Assembly: GCA_905178155.1 (NCBI GenBank)
Contig: CAJINV010000008.1
Location: 1,240,001-1,304,000 of the forward strand
DNA length: 64,000 nt
Reading direction: 5' to 3'
From: Amoebophrya sp. A120
Lineage: Eukaryota > Protista > Dinoflagellata
A program made the position numbers and the translations under genes. The notes under the pieces are model-generated. The model did not search any database. It was not told where the DNA came from and saw only the letters and a list, made by a program, of their open reading frames with translations. This document shows positions 40,001 through 52,333 of the stretch, piece by piece (the first letter of the stretch is position 1; each line of letters begins with the position of its first letter).

Positions 40001-42338
40001 CTATCAACGAGCCCGCTCGTTTTTGCATATCTATGTGCCGCTCGTGTGTGGGGGGTTGTGAACTCGCTGTCGTTTTTGCATTGCCCAACTGATGCCCCCC
40101 CCTTCTTGCTTCCCGCAGAGACCTTGTGTGCCGAAAAATGGCGGGCGAAGCCTTGCTTCCCGTTTCCCTTATCCGTTGTGCCGCCCCGGCTTTCTTCGGT
40201 TCGGTGTTACTGCTTGGCAAAGTTTGGCACAGCAGTCGCGTCTGATCCTCTTGCATGCCGAGACTGCTTGTTCGCGCCTTTGGCGTTCTTTGAGGCTCGT
40301 ACACGGGAAAACTGTTTGCATGAATGAAGCCTGCTCTACCCTTGTACCCCCTTCAGTTTATTCCATCAACATTGTCCCCAAGATTTTGCGGGTTGGCATA
40401 ATCTGTCGGGTATTTAGTTTGCTTGGTCATGATTTAACGCCTTTTCCCTCCCCCGTCGGGGGGGGAAGGAAAGGGAACTCCCCCCCCCCCCCCAAGGAAA
40501 GGGAACTCTCCCCCCCTTCCGATCCTGACGGATCAAAAAGGATCCGTTTTTTTCTCGGATTCTTAATACGATGTAGGAACCGCCGGATAGGGAACCACCC
40601 GCCATAATGGATCTTCCCACTTGCCTAGCGGCCACCCGCGTTCCCGGCCCCGGAGCATCGGAAGCACTTTCACGGACCTTTGTTTTTTACCCATACATTG
40701 GTCCGTGAATGAGAGTCGCCTTGAGATTCCCTACCCCGTCACTTGATCCTATTGACTCTAGTACCCCGGATCGGTCGTATTGGCTCGTCAACTGGATCAA
40801 CTACAGTGCAGATGGTACAGCTCTCTTTCGGACATTCACGCTTCATTGGTTCTTGTCTTAAATTCCCACCCAACGTCGTCCTCCCCAGGAATGACTCGGA
40901 CTTTGCACACTTTCACTTTCACTTTCACCATCCCCAATAATGTAGCAGAAAAGCAAAAGCATGATCATGTACACGTTTTTTATGAGTTGTATCAACAAAA
41001 AACTGGAGGTTATCTGCCAGCCACTTTTGAGGCGAAGCAAAACTATGCTGTCCTCCTCCAGCTCTGCGAGTAGAGTCGTCCGGATCCCCAGCGAGTTGTA
41101 CGGGCGGATTCTGGCCCTGCACGAAAGCGGCGAATTGCCCCCAGACGACATGGAGGTTGTGCTGGAATTATTGAATTTTTTGAACGACTATGATTTTGAC
41201 GCCGAGCGGGCAGCTGCGGCGCGTGAGGATGCCGAAGACGTGGCAGCGCTGCAACGTATTTACGGCAAGAAGACATGCACGTCGGTAGAAAAGGGTGCTG
41301 ATGGGGGCCTGCAGAAAGCGACTTACGGACCCCCTTTAGCAGCATCTGCGGCAACATCGTCCCCTGCCTCTGGCGCGGCTGCCACCGAGGATTTCATTAG
41401 CAGTCAACTCGACCTGGTAGACGCGGATGTTGGCGTATCAAAGAATAAAACTGGTGCTTCTTCGGCGGAAACTGGCGCACACAACGGCTCAGGAGCAATG
41501 CCCGCCGTAGCTGATGTTGAACTTGCAAGCGGGGAAAGCCCTTCATCTGTTGCACAACGCAAGGACAGTATGGAACAGAGTAAAAGAAAATAACCGCGTG
41601 TCGTCTACGTCGTATGACATTCGTCTTCGTGTTAGCGTTGCCTATTTAGCAGAGTTCTCGTTGTCAACATGACATGTTTTACGCGATGAAGTGTGCCATT
41701 TCATTCTCAGCGGTTTGTTTTTGTATAATTTGTCATACGATGCTCACGACGACACCGTTCTTTTCCCCAGTATGAATGCGAAGCGACATATGGAAAACGT
41801 AGAAAAGGCCTTTCAGGACATGCAGTTTCACTTGGGCTTCTACAAAAAGATGGGGAACGAGGCTTTCAAGAAGCAAAATTTTCCCGGATCCATTGCCTGT
41901 TACGAGGCCGCGGTTGATGATGCTGGCGCCGGTTCAACTTCGTTTGCGCTTCTCCAGGGGTACTACAAAGCTTGTGGCCTCCTGCCTGACGCTGACCAAG
42001 ACCAAGTGGAAAAAGCCGAGTCAGTTTTTCTGAAAGAGCTCGACCGTCGTGCCGGCGCAGATAGAGAACTGCACGCCGACCTTTCGCGCATCGAAAATAA
42101 TCTGGCCATGAGTTTCTGGAAGACGTCCCGGACTGCGGAGAGCGCGCTGCACGCAAAAAGGGCCTGCGCACTGGATCCGACGTTCGCAAAAGCGTTTTAC
42201 CGCCACGCCGAGGCAGCATTCGCCTTAAATGACATGGAAACCGCGGAAGCGGCCATCTTCGAAGCCACGCGATTGGAGCCGAAGGATAAAACCATCATCG
42301 AGCTGAAAAAAAAGATTGTGTTGGCAAATCCCAATTGA
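37085..42338 (+). CDS. TPR-repeat protein (C-terminal co-chaperone-like TPR), 5 exons
   Basis: Motifs YKKMGNEAFKKQNF, NNLAMSF, ALDPTFAKAFYRHAEA and LEPKDK; introns about 37217-37441, 37665-37814, 38327-41008 and 41568-41769. Confidence 0.7.
37218..37437. mobile_element. Degenerate introner
   Basis: taacaaacgcaaaagt pairs with actttgcgatttgatc; removing the element plus 5 nt restores the frame. Confidence 0.55.
38375..40957. mobile_element. Candidate 2.6-kb non-coding insertion in an intron, 11-bp direct repeat AGCATGATCAT
   Basis: Repeat at 38364-38374 and 40958-40968 near both intron ends; removal leaves an 88-nt GT-AG intron; atypical homopolymer-rich composition. Confidence 0.5.
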
Positions 42339-45175
42339 AAGTTATACTTTCTTCTTTCTTGCGTCGGACTTTTTCTAGGTGTGATCTGTAAGGCGGGATT
42401 TCGATTCTGTGTGTATTTTCACACAATGATATGAATGCTCGCACTCCTATGGTTGTATGTTGTATCTATTACAAGTAGGACGGAGAACGGCGACGGAGAA
42501 GCGTCGGACCATAATCGCCTTGTAGCATTTTGGCGCTCGTCAGTGCCCATTATAAGAATCGGCGCTGTTGTAGTTCCAAAGAAATGGGAGCATAGATTTT
42601 GCTTTCGCTACACTTACAACATTTCTTTCAAGTGTGTGTTGGCTCCTGACCATGGACATTTGTGGTCCCATTGTGTTCTGACGATCGACCACCTCTAGCT
42701 ATGTGTCAAGCTTCTTTGTTTTGCACACGGACACACACTGCTTGTGGTGCTATTTTTTTTCCGCACGACGCGCAAGTGCAGGTTTCAGATGTGAACCGTA
42801 AGAAGTAGATCTTCTTGGTGTGACCTCGAAATTACTTGTGGTTGCAACAGATATGACAGACACCAATTGAAGCAACAAACTCTCGGATTTTTGTCTACAT
42901 GTAGAAACATCAGTAGAAGGCACATTGCAGGAAGAGTAAAGGACACGAGACCAACATCACCATGGCGAAAGATTACACGGCGTGTGCCACCGCATGCCAG
43001 CTTTTGTCAATGGTGGCAATTCCAATGCTCCTCTACTTCGGTAATTTTGCAATTTGTTTGTCTTGATATTATTTGGTAAACGTAAATATTACGAAGAACT
43101 GCGCCGGTATGCAATGTGAAGGTCTTAATTTTTGAACTTGAAAGGACGATTAGCAAGTATCGGGACCCGGCGGAGGTATCGCTTGGAGACACGTGCATGT
43201 CACCTTCGATATTCAATGTGCTGCTTTGGGGCGGCCGTCCGTAACTATATTCAACCGTGATCCGAATGAGTAGAAGACGATGCGAGGATGAAACGAAAAA
43301 AATCTTCAATAGGTTACCTTGGCTATTCCGAGTCGCGTTTATTGGAGATTCCAGTCGACAAAAAGCAAGGAGCTGCGTTCGGATGCTGGGTATTTTTCCT
43401 ATTCTCCTGTACGACTTCGAATCCATTGCTGTAGCCGACAGAAGACAAGAAATATATGCACACCTTTTTGTTTATTTACTGATGCTGGACGCAATAGCAA
43501 TTTTATACGACGGAGAACCCAACATGTTGCATGATGTAAAATTAAGAAAGACCATTATTAGGTGGACCAGGGCCAAGTGAAGCTGAATCTGAAACTCATG
43601 GAGCCTGATCATTTTCGGCCGTATCTATTTCAGATAGAGTAGCTGACAATTCCAATTGGATTTGACTTTCGTCACACGAAATCGCAAAAATTTAGGGTGC
43701 CGCGGCAATGTACTGCGTCACGTTGGTCTTAAGCATCACCTACAAGCAAACAAGAACCCCCGAATCGCTGGCGGATCCGAATGCCTACGTACTGCGGGGA
43801 CATGCGTAGATTGCAAGATGACGTGTGAGTCATGATGAAAACATGCTCAGTTGTGCTTCAGACCGTCCTTGCACCGCTTTCTGCGTCTGCAGCTCTACCG
43901 ACATTCATTCTTCTTCAGGCCTGCGTTGCGACTTCTCTGTCTTCTCCAGTCATCTGCGCGACGTGTGTTTCATCCTGTATACAAGTGCTGTTTATAGTTG
44001 CTGCTCCAGATGAAGGACTCCTGCTCCGTTACGCTCTTGCATTTTGTTCTTTTCTTCACAGCCACGTAGTTGCGCCGTGGCTGCTTAGGCTAATTGGGTT
44101 CTCCGTCGTAGAAAAATAGCTCTTCAACACCAGCACAGCTTGTAAACCAGATTTTGTGTTTGACTCTCTCCAACTAACTCTAACAGATCGCCGCCGGGAT
44201 GTACGCGGGTACTTACGTTTTGTGTCGCTCCTACAAACAAAGCCGAACTAACAATTTCGAGCAGAGAGGACGTGGCGGTGGAAGTAGTAATGCTTACTCT
44301 ATGGAACCGCTGTCCTGAGCGTCGATCCACTTTTTCCGTTGTGCGGCGCGCACCTCGGATTTTGCCAAAAAGACACCGGTCGTGAGGGATTCTTGACGAC
44401 ATTCAAAATGTTGTTATCGAGGCTGCCGCAGCTAGAGCTACTGACCGCGCCCGTCGCAACGTTGATTATTGGGAACGAATGTTATGAGAAGCAATGCAGA
44501 TGAGGAGCGGCGCATGGAATGCTTTGAACACACGGATTCGCTTTATGTTGTTCTCTGTGAAGATGAAATTTTTTAGACCAGTTATTTTGCCTGCCTTGTT
44601 TGACCTCTGCTCGAGCGTCGGTTCGAGTTCGAGCAAAAGCTGTTCTTACGTTGAAGGAGTGATATTTTAAGATGTCAAAAAATTGTCTCTGCATGTGCAT
44701 CTGCAAGAAAATGACCCTCTGTACGTTGGTTCTCAGCGTTAGCGCTAATGTGTTCATGGCGGCTCATCGGCTGGGAAAGGGATCGCATTCAACTCTTGAT
44801 GAACTTAGACATACGTCGTTCCCAAGTCTTCCAGCAGCGTGAATGATTTTCTTGTAGCCACGGCCACGAGATCCGGGTGTGGCGAAGAGCGAACATAAAC
44901 CTTTTCTTACGAAGGTGCTTGAGGGACACGTAATGTCAAGCACGATGCTATCAGAAAATTACATCAGTGTGTGCAGATCAAGGTATGCTATGGCTAAGTA
45001 AGAGGCAACATCTTCACTATCCGATTGTGGATATCAAAAAAGAACCGAAGTTCTAGTAGTCACAGCGATTACAGCACTGTCTAGCGGAGACACACGCTCT
45101 TCGCTAACAATAGATAGTTGTGCTCCCCTCGTCGACGCTTCGAGATTGAGTCGCAGTCGCATAAGCAAATAGAAG

Positions 45176-47374
45176 ATGCTTGTGGCTCCTTCTTTCCCAG
45201 CTCCTTCTGCTTTTTCCCGAAGTCCTGCTTGCGTTTTCACGAGCGGCCTACGTTGTGGAGTCTTGCTACGACTTCTTTTTTCGCTGTTCGACTTCGACTC
45301 TGGAGCTTGGTCGCTCTGCCACCATGTCACGGCTGCCAGTGTCGGAGGGCCGCGACGGCGGCGCGTGGTCAATGTCGGAGCCCTCAGCGCGCTGCCGCTC
45401 GGTCATGGGGACGGTGACACTTTGTCGGACGACGACAGCATCGACGTAGATGAGCGGACTGTGGTGATAGCTCCGACTACATATGCTCAAGTCGGCCCGA
45501 CGATCAACGCGACAAGAGCTGCTACGCCAGTAAACGGAGACGGACACGAAAACGATGAAGCAGCAGATCGAGATGATGAGGTAAGCGACAAATATCAACA
45601 ACAACCGTCCCCGGGAGCAGGAGCTGGTGGCTCCACCGGCGCAGAAGCGCTCCTCCAGCTTGCGGGTGATCGCTCCTCGCTTGCCACGCTGCAAAAGTTG
45701 GATGCTTTGATCGAACAACGCAGACACCGCTATACAAGCCGGATCAATCCGTTGACCGACGAGATGATATCGAGTACGAAAATCGGGGGCGTGCTGGCGC
45801 GCGTGGCGGCCTTACACGACGGCGATCCGTGGAAAAATCGCAAAACCTGGGAGGATGTGGTGCCGCTCTTTTCGGAGTTGCGCAAGGCCCTCACCGACGA
45901 TGGCTGGCGGGATGTGGTTCCGGAGTACAGCATTTTTTTGTCGCGTGATCAAGTGGTCACCCTGTTGGAGTACTTCCTCTTTATCTCCGCCCTGCACCCA
46001 ACGCAGTTGCGCCGCGTCCAGGAGGTCTTGCGGTGGATGTTCGCAGAACGAAGTATGACGAGGAGCAAAAGGTCGTGCGTCGCCGAGGAAAAAAACTTCT
46101 CTAGCAAATCCGCTCGGGGCGTCGGGGTCCATGGAAAAGTTCTTGCAGCAGGAGTGCCCTGCACCGCATCTTGTGACTGCGGAAGGAGCAACAACATCGC
46201 AACGAACAGCACTGAGGAAATAAACGCTGCGACTGCTACTTCGGAAAACATGAACGCAAAGAAGAGGAGCCCTGGAAGTGCAGGGAGGATGTCCCAGACA
46301 GGAGCTACCTCGTCTGCTTCCGCAGCAGTTTCTGCACTGGCAACCCCGACTGCTACGAATGGAGGAAATAACTCAGCAGGTGGAGCTGGGGCAAACATTA
46401 TTTCGACACCGACCGCCTCTGCGGCTACTGCCTCAACATCCCATGGTCTCCATGCACAGGGAGCCGGCGTCAATAGCAGCGCAGGCGCAGGAGCGACGAA
46501 GCAGCACGTCTGCCGCTGTGGAACTACACACGCAACTACAGGAACAAAGCCGCTTTCATCCTCGGGTGGTGCAGAGGACGATGGAGACGACCCTTTCGAA
46601 AGCTTTGTCCAAGACTACGCGCGTCAACGGCGGGGGGAGGTGTGGCGCGAATTGAGCAGCTCCTGGGCAGACTTGGACACGAGGAAAAATAAGTGCAGCG
46701 TTTCCGGCTACACGCGTGACGGTAAGACGGCACTGCAGCGCGTCGATCTGATTTTGGGAGACATTGCCAGCTCCTTCGCTTCTGTGGAAGACCAGAAAAA
46801 GTGGCAGCAGCTGTTGAATCAGGATAGGGAGGCCGCCCTGGCTGGTGGACAGGATTTGCTCCACCGTGCGACAAATGGAACCACGCACCATCTCCAGGAG
46901 GGCACGACTATCGATGCCGCGCACCATCGCTCACAAGTACAGCCAAGTGCGCTACTTGCTCCAAGTCAACACCAGCTGCCCGGCTCGGCAAGACCACCCC
47001 AACCTGGCACAATTTCCACGCCGTCTCCTGCTATTCCAGGTGCTGCGCCGGTCTATGCGGCCACGAACGGAACTGCAACTGCACGGGCGACGGCCACAAG
47101 CAGTCCCGTAATCAATGAACTTCCGCCAGCGGCGCCGCAGCGAAGTCAGCCCAAAACCATTGGAAAACCACTGCAAAACCGTACAGCTGCTGCTCACGCA
47201 GATCTGTCGAGTACTACTCGTGGAGCTGGCACTTCTAACGCCGGGTTCCACTGGACTTTCGGCTGGCCTTTCAACCATCACACACAAACTTCGCTCCGAA
47301 GCTTGCCTCCACCCAGCCACCCGGATGACGTGCCGCCGACGGGCGACTTCTCGACGAGCTTTTTCCAGTACTGA
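45176..47374 (+). CDS. Hypothetical low-complexity protein
   Basis: 732-aa ORF with two ordered-looking segments; no recognised motif. Confidence 0.65.
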   Translation: MLVAPSFPAPSAFSRSPACVFTSGLRCGVLLRLLFSLFDFDSGAWSLCHHVTAASVGGPRRRRVVNVGALSALPLGHGDGDTLSDDDSIDVDERTVVIAPTTYAQVGPTINATRAATPVNGDGHENDEAADRDDEVSDKYQQQPSPGAGAGGSTGAEALLQLAGDRSSLATLQKLDALIEQRRHRYTSRINPLTDEMISSTKIGGVLARVAALHDGDPWKNRKTWEDVVPLFSELRKALTDDGWRDVVPEYSIFLSRDQVVTLLEYFLFISALHPTQLRRVQEVLRWMFAERSMTRSKRSCVAEEKNFSSKSARGVGVHGKVLAAGVPCTASCDCGRSNNIATNSTEEINAATATSENMNAKKRSPGSAGRMSQTGATSSASAAVSALATPTATNGGNNSAGGAGANIISTPTASAATASTSHGLHAQGAGVNSSAGAGATKQHVCRCGTTHATTGTKPLSSSGGAEDDGDDPFESFVQDYARQRRGEVWRELSSSWADLDTRKNKCSVSGYTRDGKTALQRVDLILGDIASSFASVEDQKKWQQLLNQDREAALAGGQDLLHRATNGTTHHLQEGTTIDAAHHRSQVQPSALLAPSQHQLPGSARPPQPGTISTPSPAIPGAAPVYAATNGTATARATATSSPVINELPPAAPQRSQPKTIGKPLQNRTAAAHADLSSTTRGAGTSNAGFHWTFGWPFNHHTQTSLRSLPPPSHPDDVPPTGDFSTSFFQY

Positions 47375-48677
47375 TTTTCTTGAACAAGAATGAAAGCTAC
47401 ACCCCCAGCACCAGCACTCCGACCACAAAAAAACGACCTGCTTCCATAACGTACAGCTCCTCTGGACCAGACTTTTACGTACTTGTCGACGTTCCAAATC
47501 CAAATTTTGAACTCCGTCTCAACTTTTTGCTCCACTGTATTTTGCAATGATACCATTTCTACTCCTGTTCTTCAATATAAATATAGTTACCCTGCTCTTT
47601 CTGACTTCGCGAAACGCATCTGCTTTCGTTTTTAGACGCCTTTCTGCTTTGAAATTGATCGCAGCAGATAACCACGCCGCTTCATTGTTATGATCTCAGC
47701 TGATGCTTTAACTACTCTTAATTTGCATGATAAAGATAATGTCTACCACCTAAGCCTAACCACTTCCAGGGATTGTACACGTTCCAAAGCCCCGCCCAAG
47801 AAACATGACGCCCTTCCTTTGATCTACATGTGCCATCCTCCTCTTCTAGGGACATTCAATATGCGGCGTTCGGGGGCCCGAACGCACAGATATTGGGAGC
47901 GCGCATCGAATTTTTGTTGTCTGCCAAACTCAAAGCCACTTTCTTTTGTTTGCAAAATGTAAAGACTATTGTATAGAGGTGGAAGTTGCAGAGTAAAAAA
48001 GCCCCCGCAAGAACTACGAGAGCATGAATATGGCTGCTTTGCGTGGTACATACTTATACTTTCGAGCACCTTGTTGTAGGCATAGTTTCAAGGACGCGGG
48101 CGGAAAATTGTATGATGCTTTTTTCTGCTTAATTTGATCCACCGGTCGAGATCGTACAATTTCATCACCAACACACTCGCACTTACGCCTCTTTTGTCGA
48201 ACCATGGGACCGAGGACTTTATGGCCAGTTCGATGTAAAATGAAATCGAGTTGTGCCGTCACTTAGTACGTGAAGTTTCGTCTGTGAGCCATGGGGGTTC
48301 TTCGTGCGGCCAAACGAAAATCATGTGGTGTTCCGGTGTCATTTCTAGCATATGTTGAGTTGGATAGTCATAGTAGCTTTGCTGACCAAGGAAGCTAACC
48401 CATTTGCCACAATTTGGACATGAGACACCTTTCAGAATGTGTACATCGGTGGCCGTGTCAATCGTTGTGTATATCCGACGCGGTTGCTGAAATTGAAATT
48501 ATATGATGTGCCTCTCGCTCTCATGGTCGTGTATTAGATGACAGAGTCGCCCTGTGCTTCGATTTTTGCTTCTTGTCCACTTTTATCATGGTCTGTGATC
48601 ATGATAATTCGTGAAACACGTGTTCCGCTTCTTGTTCGTTTGTCCCTGAGCCTCTGCGCGTAGTCGAGAATCAATGG

Positions 48678-51094
48678 ATGAAAAGGAATAACAGCAGACC
48701 GCGCACGAGCTCGAGCCAGCAAGTACGTGCGAGAAAACCGGGTGCCAAAAGCAAAGCCGTGCCTATGCCCTCGATGGCGCCTTCTCGCAATGTTAGCAAA
48801 GGAGGAACACAACCGAAGAAGTCGCCTGGTGCAAAGCAGGCGGCCTACAACGACGTCGAAGATCCGGAGGAAGGTGGGAACGAATTGACGTCCTTTGTGG
48901 ACAGTGGAACCGCGAAGGCCCCACACACCATTGGAAAAAACCACAGTAAGATACAAATCAACGATGACGAGAACGACCCGGACAATTCGATCAAGCAGCC
49001 GACAGATCATGCGGAGAAGGGCGGCACGACAGAGGAGCCCGAACCTCCAAGCAAGTTGGCGATCATCGGCTGTATGTTTCTTAACTTTTGGAGCGCGATA
49101 TCCAAGATAAAGAAAAAAGTTCTGACGACATCAATGCAATTTTATTCGCCCTCCCTCCCTGCACGACCTGCTAATGTTGCTATTGCAAGACGGAGTGCGG
49201 GCCGAGGCGGCGTCCGCGTCTTGATCTAGTTGTACATACAGAGTTATGAATATGATGCTCCTGCTGCTAGATAGATGTCTAGTGCGCACAATCGTCACTT
49301 CGACGCTACACTCAACACGGAGGGACAAATGATCATCACGATAAGAAAATACAAGATTTATTGATGTCAGCTCGATTCGTTTTCTTGCATACGACGTCGG
49401 AATTATTTGGGTCAACAAGTGGGTCATGAATCATGGCTGGACCTGGACGACGCTGCTCACATTTAGGAATTGTAGACTCCTCCTGGTGCACAAGGGCAAG
49501 GTTTGTTGACCGACATGAATAAGTCGTGTAAAGAATACCGATGAATAAACTGAAATACTACGGCCTGAACGTTTCTTTTGTATGTTTGAAGTTGGAATAC
49601 AGACTTGCATACTCGGAGCCTGTAGTTTCGTGGCGTGCGTTCAGTAATTTTTTTTTCGTAAATCGCTAAACATTTTCCCAGCACGCACTTGCCTGGAGAA
49701 GGTTTTTCGTGAATCTTGCGGATGCACTTCGTCGCTTCGTACATCGGTTTGGAGATTTCATGGAGGTATAATTATAATTTCATCTTCACTTACTACATTC
49801 ACCTTGAAGTGCGACCTTCCCACCTGCTGCAATGACATACGTCCAGTTCGCCACTTCAATAGCACGACAAATAGCGTACAAGCACAGTTAACGCGCAAAA
49901 ATAGCATGATATTTTTTGAATCCAAAAAACAGGCGTCTCCAACTTTTCGAACCGAAAGACACGAACCTGCGGCAGGTGGTTCCGCTTTGCGCTTCCTTCA
50001 TCGCGTTTGTGGTGTTCAACAACCTGTCGCTCCAGTATAATACCGTCGGTATCTACCAGCTGCTGAAGGTCCTCATGACCCCAGTTATTGTCGCCCTGCA
50101 GTTCTGCATGCACGGGACGCTTCTCACCTTCTGGCAGTCGGTGTCCCTTATCCCGATCTGCTGCGGGGTGGCGATGGCAACCATCTCCAGTCTAGAGGTG
50201 AACGGGTTCCTCGGGCTTTTTTTCGGCGCCATGGGGATCTTTTCGACCTCCCTCTACCAGATTTGGGTGAAGTCCAAGCAAGCAGATTTGCAGCTGAACC
50301 CCTTTCAGCTACTGCATCACCAGTCCTTTCTATCCATGCTCATGCTCGCACCGCTGGCATTCTACGTGGACCGATCGTTCCTCTTCTGCCTCCAAGACTT
50401 CGCCTTAGCGGTGCAGCCCGACCCGGTGTGCCATGTCAAAGTCATCCAGCCTTTGAGTAAAAATCTCGATCTATTCCTTTTGATGTCAATTTGAATTTTT
50501 CTAGTATGCTGGGTATCAGTATGTCTGTGTCAGTGATCGTGTGCTGTTGATAAAGTTTGATATGCCTGATGAGAATGCGCTCAAATAAAGTACACGTCGC
50601 AGCATGGTCCGTCGAAAATTTGACTTCAATTTGGATAATGCTCGCACGACGTTTCACTTTCATTACTTTACAACAGGCGATCCGTGGTTTGTGTCGGCTG
50701 TCGGTTGCAGCTGTTTCCTAGCCTACCTGGTAAACCTGTCAACGTTTCTCGTCATTGGAAAGACCAGCCCCGTGAGTTATTTATGCGAGCAAAAACCTGC
50801 GTGGATCTGGATGTACATGTACTTTGCTAGTAGTAAATCACTCTTCATCGGGATGAAGATAACAAAGGTCTTGCAGTGGTCATGTCTTTTTGTAGGTTCT
50901 TGATTTTGACTAGACTCTGCCGCTCCCCCCGCAAGTTTTTGCAGTGATGGTGCCAGGTTCTGGGACACTCGAAGCTATTTGTCGTGATGCTTTCCGCATT
51001 CCTCATGTTCGGAGACTTGCCCTCATTGCAGAACTTGCTCGGGTGCGGCATGGCTTTGGCTGGAATTTTCTGGTACACGTGGCTGAAGATGTAG
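48678..51094 (+). CDS. Nucleotide-sugar transporter, TPT/SLC35E3-like
   Basis: Motifs LNFWSA-VGIIWVNK, MHF, NNLSLQYNTVGIYQLLKVLMTP, VNLSTFLVIGKTSPVSY-QVLGHSK; three introns appear non-canonical. Confidence 0.85.
49099..49391. mobile_element. Older introner (TSD degenerate, CGCGA/CGACG)
   Basis: tatccaagataaagaa pairs with ttcgtttttcttgcata; removal gives WSA|VGII. Confidence 0.75.
50782..50949. mobile_element. Degenerate introner
   Basis: Inverted repeat gcaaaaac(c/t)tgcg near both ends; intron 50781-50953 gives SY|QVLGH. Confidence 0.6.
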
Positions 51095-52333
51095 CAAGTC
51101 CATTCGGAAAATGATGATGGACACCGGTCTCACTCAATTAGTGAGGGAGACGAAGAAAAGAAGAGCTGCAAACACGACGACACTCTGGCATCATGCAAAG
51201 CACCGCGGAAAACCGCAAAGGAGAACAACGGGGAGAATCAGAATGAACAACCAACGACGACGTCGCGGCGCTGCTCCGCAAAGTCATGGCTCGATGTTGA
51301 TGAAGCGATGCCTTGATGAACTTGCTAGAAGACTATCCTCGAGGACATTACTTGGCGAACATTACGAAGAAATTTTTGAATGGTGTTGGCTGCCGCGGCA
51401 GACGCAGTCGCGCTGTAAGGGGTTGGTCTCGGGCGGTCTATTTCACGACAGAAATAGATTCATATATGTTCATCGCCGCAGTACCAGTAGACGAGAACTT
51501 ACCTAGATCACGCTTGGTAGAATACATTGAAGTTCTTCATCAGAATCAGCACGAGCTTCTTCCTACCAAGAATGGTTTGAAAAGCGCACCACCATCAAAA
51601 TGCCGGAACTACGAAAGATAAAATGACAGCCAGGTCGTGGCAGTGGTCTTCGACTGTGGTGTTTGCGCCGAAGTTGAGACTCATGTTCATCGTTTTTTCA
51701 TTTTTAGTATGTGACTGCCGCCCAGCCCCGACGAGTGTTGAGCGTGAATGCGTAGTACATCTTCTACTGGCCCTTTTTTCGCGTCATTTTTCTCGGGAGG
51801 TGCAAATAAGGTGGCGCAGCCTTATCTCTCCGACTTTTTACCTCCCCAAGTATAAAAGAACATTGAGAAGTGACACTAGATGGAGCTGAGTACTAGATCA
51901 CGAAAGTGCAACGTGCTCGTCAGGCTTGGCACTGCCTTCCGTCTACTTGATTCTTTTTTTCTTTTCTGGTTGACCAAGACGAACTTGTTGACGAGAGTGC
52001 TTTTTTCCATTATGAGTTCCGTGGAGATTTGCCTCCTTTAGTCCTGAAAGAGGGACTGAACTGGAATTGCCGCTGAGAGCGTTGTGCTATACTTGCTTTA
52101 GTCTCTACTAGTACTATGGTATGCGGACAAAGATGTGTGATATCGATATGCGTCTTTTTCAGTATCAGCATGATGTCGTCAACGTCATCGTCAACGTGAT
52201 ATATATACATAATGTTCCACATTTAGATGTTGCACGTGCAGTAAAATAAATTTTCGACGTCGGGGACGACAATGTAAGCGAGGTCTTTCTTCCTGGCGTG
52301 ATGTAGTTGCCCTATTACAACGGAAAGACGAAG

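Noticed and set aside
44765-44960. Minus-strand peptide YKKIIHAAG resembling a macro-domain motif
   Set aside because: The frame is short and no other macro-domain motifs are visible. It may be a decayed fragment but cannot be supported.
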